DNA of 43,565 nucleotides, taken from the NCBI GenBank assembly GCA_027000565.1, contig JALTNS010000339.1, positions 1-43,565 of the forward strand. The letters run 5' to 3'. Origin of the DNA: Rhizobiaceae bacterium (GTDB lineage Bacteria > Pseudomonadota > Alphaproteobacteria > Rhizobiales > Rhizobiaceae). Of the stretch, positions 39,290 through 43,565 are shown in pieces. The position numbers and the translations under genes are program-made. The first letter of the stretch is position 1. Each line of letters begins with the position of its first letter. The notes beneath the pieces are model-generated. The model did not search any database and was not told the DNA's origin. It was given only the letters and a program-made list of their open reading frames with translations.

Positions 39290-40585
39290 ATGGCGGATAT
39301 CAGGGTTTTTTCTATTGCTGAATCGCCATTGGAAACAAATATCCCTGAGTGGCGCTTTATTCCTCCCTCGCAAAGTGAGTTGGATGAACACAATGTTCCC
39401 GGCCATTCGCACATTGCCTGTTCGCACATGCCCGCTGAAGAAGCTCATGCGCAGGAGGCTGAAAGCCATGTCAGTTTTGGCATTGTTCCGGCTGGTGATG
39501 TTGAAGGCCAGCATTGGACCATTGGCGGCGGCGGCGCGTCAAAATTTGGCACCCGGCGCTGGGCACTTGAAACCCTTGGTATTCCGGAACAGACACCCAA
39601 TTCGATTGTAAAAAGTGTCGGGGTGGTGGTACTCGATGCCGGATTAAACCGGGATTATCTGGCTCAATTACCGGGGTCAGGCCAATATGGCGGCGGCTGG
39701 ACTGATGTTAGCAATGGAAGCGACGGCAATCCGGACAACCGCTCGCTGGTCGGCAAATATAGTAACCCGCACAAACCCGCTCATGCCGGGCACGGCAATA
39801 TGCTGGTGCGTAATATCTTGAGCGTTGCTCCCGATGTCACGATATATGACGCCCCCGTTCTGCCGCCATTTGTCGACAATATGCAGGGCTTTGCCGAGGA
39901 CGTTTTGTTGGCCCTTACCGCTATTGAAATGACAATCAAAAACCAGTCAGAAGATCAATCCGTCCCCTCCCACGACGCATGGATACTGGTAAACGCCTGG
40001 GCGGTTGCCAATAGCAATGGCCAGAAATCCCTGGTTAATAATCGCAACCATGCTCTTTTGCGGAAGTTTCATGAACTGGTAAAATCTTCGCGAGATGATG
40101 AAGAAATGCCAGTGATTGATGTGGTATTTGCTGCCGGAAATGCCGGTTCGTTTCAACCCGCCTCTTTTACCGGCCCCTATGATCGCGGTCATGGCAGAAG
40201 CATATGGGGACCAAACGGCCTTGAAGAGGTTTTGACTGTCGGCGCAGTCAGAGCCGATGAAATTTCCATCGGGGCGTCCTCCCAGGGCCCCGCACCGCAA
40301 GAGCTTTTGAAATCTGAACACAGCGATGGCGCGATTAATGAAAAGCCCGATATTTGTGCACCAAGCTGGTTTAGCGAGGATAATGATCCTTTGATCATAA
40401 ACACAGGAACCTCGGCCGCATGCGGATTGATCGCCGGCATGCTGGCAAGGCTGCGCCAGGAGGGAAACATGTCAAAAACCGACCTGTTGAATTTGTCCGG
40501 CCCGCCGGACTGGAGCCCGCAACGCGGTATGGGTATCCCTAAATTTGATGAAGTACCCACTCCGCCACCGGCGGCAATATCCTGA
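39290..40585 (+). CDS. S8-family (subtilisin-like) serine peptidase, no signal peptide
   Basis: Asp-His-Ser triad contexts VVVLDAGLN, HAGHGNMLV and NTGTSAACGLIAGMLA. The ~115-aa N-terminal region is acidic and His-rich with no hydrophobic leader. Start taken at ATG 39290; the track ORF opens at 39248. Confidence 0.85.
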   Translation: MADIRVFSIAESPLETNIPEWRFIPPSQSELDEHNVPGHSHIACSHMPAEEAHAQEAESHVSFGIVPAGDVEGQHWTIGGGGASKFGTRRWALETLGIPEQTPNSIVKSVGVVVLDAGLNRDYLAQLPGSGQYGGGWTDVSNGSDGNPDNRSLVGKYSNPHKPAHAGHGNMLVRNILSVAPDVTIYDAPVLPPFVDNMQGFAEDVLLALTAIEMTIKNQSEDQSVPSHDAWILVNAWAVANSNGQKSLVNNRNHALLRKFHELVKSSRDDEEMPVIDVVFAAGNAGSFQPASFTGPYDRGHGRSIWGPNGLEEVLTVGAVRADEISIGASSQGPAPQELLKSEHSDGAINEKPDICAPSWFSEDNDPLIINTGTSAACGLIAGMLARLRQEGNMSKTDLLNLSGPPDWSPQRGMGIPKFDEVPTPPPAAIS

Positions 40586-40603
40586 TCCTGGAAAATGACC
40601 GTC

Positions 40604-40778
40604 TTTGACGGAATCGCTCTCGTTTTTAATTCGCTCACGGCCACTCATGTAACGAACGGACCTCCGCGGGGCGGCGCACTGGCACCGGGCCGGTTTTGCC
40701 CGCAAATTGATTATATCAATTTGGAAAACGGGCTCCAATCACAGCCAGGCTGTTTCCACATAACGTGAAACAGTCTAA
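40604..40778. repeat. Modular intergenic repeat, long copy (modules A-x-B-y-C)
   Basis: Same three blocks as 11068-11179, with extra spacers of about 20 bp and about 50 bp between modules. Hairpin CTGTTT.CAC-ataac-GTGAAACAG at 40750-40773 abuts the HNH gene stop codon. Confidence 0.8.
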
Positions 40779-41398
40779 GGCTCAAGCGGCGTGTCCCAAT
40801 AGAGATAATCCATCCAGCTTTCATGCAGGTAGTTCGGCGGAAATTTCCGGCCATTATTCTGCAGATCATGGATGGTCGGTGCAAAAGGATGGTGTTTTGG
40901 CCACATGCGGGCTGCGTTGGTCAGTTTCCCGCCCTTGCGTAAATTGCAACTCGAACAGGCGGTGATGATGTTTTCCCAGGTGGTGCGGCCACCAAGCGAG
41001 CGCGGCACCAGGTGATCGAAGGTCAGTTCGTGCCGCGAACCGCAATACTGGCACTCAAAATTATCCCGCAGAAACAGATTAAACCGGGTAAATGCCGGAT
41101 GTCTCGAAGCCTTGACGTAGGATTTAAGCGAAATAACACTGGGCAATTTCATTGAAAACGATGGCGAATGAACCAGGCTGTCATATTCAGCCACGATATT
41201 TACCCGCTCAAGAAACACCGCTTTAACCGCATCCTGCCATGACCACAATGACAGCGGAAAATAGCTGAGTGGCCGATAATCAGCGTTTAATACCAGCGCC
41301 GGATGGGCATCGGGTGAAACGGCAATTGTCAACGTTCTCTCCTGTGGTTTGTACTTTCCAAATTCCCGCGATTGCTCATGGGTTGTATCTAAGAACAC
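40775..41398 (-). CDS. HNH endonuclease family protein
   Basis: CQYCGSRHELTFDHLVPRSLGGRTTWENIITACSSCNLRKG (HNH/CxxC pairs). Confidence 0.85.
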   Translation of the reverse strand: MFLDTTHEQSREFGKYKPQERTLTIAVSPDAHPALVLNADYRPLSYFPLSLWSWQDAVKAVFLERVNIVAEYDSLVHSPSFSMKLPSVISLKSYVKASRHPAFTRFNLFLRDNFECQYCGSRHELTFDHLVPRSLGGRTTWENIITACSSCNLRKGGKLTNAARMWPKHHPFAPTIHDLQNNGRKFPPNYLHESWMDYLYWDTPLEP

Positions 41399-41443
41399 AA
41401 TCGTGGTGATGTGAAGCCTCTATTTTAACAGAGGTAATTCCGC

Positions 41444-42094
41444 TCATAGCGGCAAAACATCTCTCCCCTGTTTGAGGTGAGCATAATAGGCCCAAAACAA
41501 TCGGGCTGCGATGCTGCGCCAGGGCGACCAGACTTCGGCAATTTTACGAACTTCTTTTTCCGTTGGCCGATGGGGCAAATCCAGACCGACCCCGACCGCA
41601 TGTTGCAGGGCAACGTCGCCTGCGGGAAAAATATCCCGGTGCCCGGCGCAAAACAATAAGAACACTTCCGCCGTCCACGGCCCAATACCCTTAATGGCGG
41701 TCAACCGATCTTGTGCCTCGACCACCGGCAGAAAACAAAGCGCTTCAAGGTCAAGGCCATCATCAACAATCGCACGCGCCACAAGCGACAATGTTGATTG
41801 TTTGGCCCGAGAAAGGCCTGCCTCGATCATCGGCTTTTCGCCAAGCGCCAATAATGTGGCGGCGGAAAGTGGAAAGACCAGTTTTTCGAACCTTGAAAAC
41901 ATTGCCGCTGCACTGGCTTTTGATACTTGCTGCGAAACAATGATTTCGGCCAGGCCTTCGAATCCCGGCTCTCTCAGCCGCAGTGGCACGGTTCCGGCAC
42001 AAGCGGCAATTTTGTCAAGCCGTGGATCAATTGCCAGCAATGCGGCCAGACCGGTTTTAATATCATGCTGGTCAGTGATTCTATCCATCCGCAA
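41444..42094 (-). CDS. DNA-3-methyladenine glycosylase II-like (HhH-GPD superfamily)
   Basis: HhH motif LTAIKGIGPWTAEVFLLF followed by the PAGDVALQ catalytic Asp region. 216 aa. Confidence 0.8.
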   Translation of the reverse strand: MRMDRITDQHDIKTGLAALLAIDPRLDKIAACAGTVPLRLREPGFEGLAEIIVSQQVSKASAAAMFSRFEKLVFPLSAATLLALGEKPMIEAGLSRAKQSTLSLVARAIVDDGLDLEALCFLPVVEAQDRLTAIKGIGPWTAEVFLLFCAGHRDIFPAGDVALQHAVGVGLDLPHRPTEKEVRKIAEVWSPWRSIAARLFWAYYAHLKQGRDVLPL

Positions 42095-42133
42095 ACCCTA
42101 TCCAGTAACCGCGCTATTGGATAGATTGCGCCA

Positions 42134-43030
42134 ATGAACATCAACAACGAAACGCCGGTCTTTCGATTTGCGCCAAGCCCCAATGGCGAGTTGCATCTTG
42201 GCCATGCCTATTCCGCCCTGCTGAATTATGACATGGCGCAGAAAATTGGCGGGCGGTTTTTACTGCGCATTGAAGACATAGATATTGAACGCTGTAATCT
42301 GGAGTTTGAGGCGCAAATGCTGGATGACCTTGCATGGCTTGGCATTAAATGGGACGACAAACCTCGACGACAATCAGAACACTTTGATGATTACAGCGCA
42401 GCACTGGATGCGCTGGAAGTTGAAAAACTCGTCTACCCGGCCTTCATGAGCCGCAGCGAGCGTAAAAGAGAAATCGCCCGTTTCAAAGAGGGCGGCGGCC
42501 TCTGGCCGCGCGATCCCGATGGCGCACCGCTTTATCCTGATGCCGACCGCAAACGAACGCCGCAGGAGCGCCGCGAAATGATTAATGTCGGCAAAGAATT
42601 TGCCTTGCGGCTGGACATGAACAGGGCATTGGATGATCTGAAGGACGATCTATTCTGGCATGAAACCGGCACTGGTCCAGAAGGTGAAACAGGTCTGGTG
42701 AAATTCAACGCCCTGCAATGGGGCGATGTGCAACTGGGACGCCGCGACGTGCCTGCCAGTTATCATCTCGCGGTGGTGATTGATGATGCACTGCAGGGCA
42801 TCACCCATGTGGTGCGCGGGCGCGATTTATTTCATGCCACTTCGGTACATCGCTTGCTGCAGGAACTTTTGGGCTTTTCGCCACCGGTTTACCACCATCA
42901 CGACCTCATTTTAGCCGAAGATGATCGCAAATTATCCAAAAGTGCGCGTGATATGTCCTTGCGTTCCTTACGCAATTGTGGCGCGACTGCCGCAGATATT
43001 CGCCGCATGGTAGGCCTCACCCCGGCATGA
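42134..43030 (+). CDS. gluQ: tRNA glutamyl-Q(34) synthetase (GluRS paralogue)
   Basis: HIGH-type motif SPNGELHLGHA and KMSKS-type KLSKS. 298 aa, lacking an anticodon-binding domain. Confidence 0.9.
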   Translation: MNINNETPVFRFAPSPNGELHLGHAYSALLNYDMAQKIGGRFLLRIEDIDIERCNLEFEAQMLDDLAWLGIKWDDKPRRQSEHFDDYSAALDALEVEKLVYPAFMSRSERKREIARFKEGGGLWPRDPDGAPLYPDADRKRTPQERREMINVGKEFALRLDMNRALDDLKDDLFWHETGTGPEGETGLVKFNALQWGDVQLGRRDVPASYHLAVVIDDALQGITHVVRGRDLFHATSVHRLLQELLGFSPPVYHHHDLILAEDDRKLSKSARDMSLRSLRNCGATAADIRRMVGLTPA

Positions 43031-43138
43031 TATAAAAGTCAGGTCTCAAAACAGTTCATATGTGCGTATGGCCCTTCAATACCACCACGGTTCGCCCTAT
43101 GCAGAGCTAAACCAATCGCCAATTTGGAGAATGATCAA

Positions 43139-43565
43139 ATGACTGTTGCATCCCGCAATACGCCTGTGCCAGACCTTGTGAGGGTTAAACGCTGTCTGAT
43201 TTCGGTCGCTGATAAATTTGGGCTTGTCAAATTTGCCAAAAACCTCTCAGCGCTTGATATCGAACTGGTTTCAACCGGCGGCACTTACAAAGAGCTGAGT
43301 GATGCGGGTCTTAACGTGCGTGATATATCAGAACTTACCGGATTTCCTGAAATCATGGACGGCAGGGTGAAAACCCTGCATCCAAATGTGCACGGAGGAA
43401 TTTTGGCCATTCGCGGTGAAGACGATCACCAAAAATCAATGGACGAGCACGGCATTCTGCCCATCGATATGGTTGTCACCAATCTCTATCCCTTCGAGAA
43501 TACGGTTTCAGCCGGCTCCGAATACGCCACCTGCGTCGAAAATATCGACGTCGGCGGGCCGGCAA
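43139..43565 (+). CDS. purH: Bifunctional AICAR transformylase / IMP cyclohydrolase, 5' fragment (runs off the window)
   Basis: My own translation from ATG 43139 gives [29 protein letters not shown]...[11 protein letters not shown]...[23 protein letters not shown]...NLYPFE...ENIDVGGPA. This matches the MGS-like domain of PurH. It is open-ended, so it is absent from the ORF track. Confidence 0.9.
   Translation, partial: MTVASRNTPVPDLVRVKRCLISVADKFGLVKFAKNLSALDIELVSTGGTYKELSDAGLNVRDISELTGFPEIMDGRVKTLHPNVHGGILAIRGEDDHQKSMDEHGILPIDMVVTNLYPFENTVSAGSEYATCVENIDVGGPA

Noticed and set aside
40775-42094. The HNH endonuclease plus glycosylase pair considered as a mobile or restriction-type element.
   Set aside because: There is no methyltransferase, intein/intron context or repeats. 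This ~200-aa HNH protein type appears to be a conserved single-copy alphaproteobacterial gene, and the AlkA-like gene is ordinary repair machinery.
43031-43138. A ZTP (pfl) riboswitch upstream of purH.
   Set aside because: The 108-nt leader lacks the conserved GGGTCGTGAC / CCGGGCGGA / CCGCCTGGGCA-type blocks, and I could not see a pseudoknot-compatible pairing.

Overview
This is a chromosomal segment that looks alphaproteobacterial, based on rlmN-ialB-spoU synteny, a rhizobial-type cyclase-TPR protein, and roughly 50% GC judged by eye. It is gene-dense, with many overlapping start/stop codons. All function calls come from motifs read by eye in the supplied translations; no searches were run.

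Gene order, left to right:
- COG0523 metallochaperone GTPase, fadD and a DUF924 protein.
- A scattered polysaccharide set: Wzx-like flippase, CelD-like GNAT, manC, Wza-like exporter and a PHP-type Tyr phosphatase, interrupted by a large MscK-like channel.
- Housekeeping genes: rlmN, ialB-like, SpoU methylase, quinone reductase, SDR and pterin dehydratase.
- A complete protocatechuate 4,5-cleavage cluster plus pobA: ligC, ligR, galB, ligK, galD/ligU, ligI, ligA, ligB, pobA.
- A complete five-step histidine utilisation cluster: hutIHGU divergent from hutFC.
- A four-gene module of unknown role, described below.
- HNH endonuclease, an AlkA-like glycosylase, gluQ and the 5' end of purH.

The most unusual part is 35.6-40.6 kb. 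It holds a Crp-family cNMP receptor and a class III cyclase fused to TolB-like and TPR domains. It also holds a soluble PAP2/vanadium-haloperoxidase-like enzyme carrying an N-terminal (Asn-Gly-Ser)x9 repeat, and a leaderless S8 subtilase.

Other notable observations are a modular intergenic repeat present in two convergent gene gaps, a LigR-like regulator with a duplicated HTH, and a palindromic HutC-type operator candidate. No rRNA, tRNA, CRISPR array, transposase or integrase was seen.
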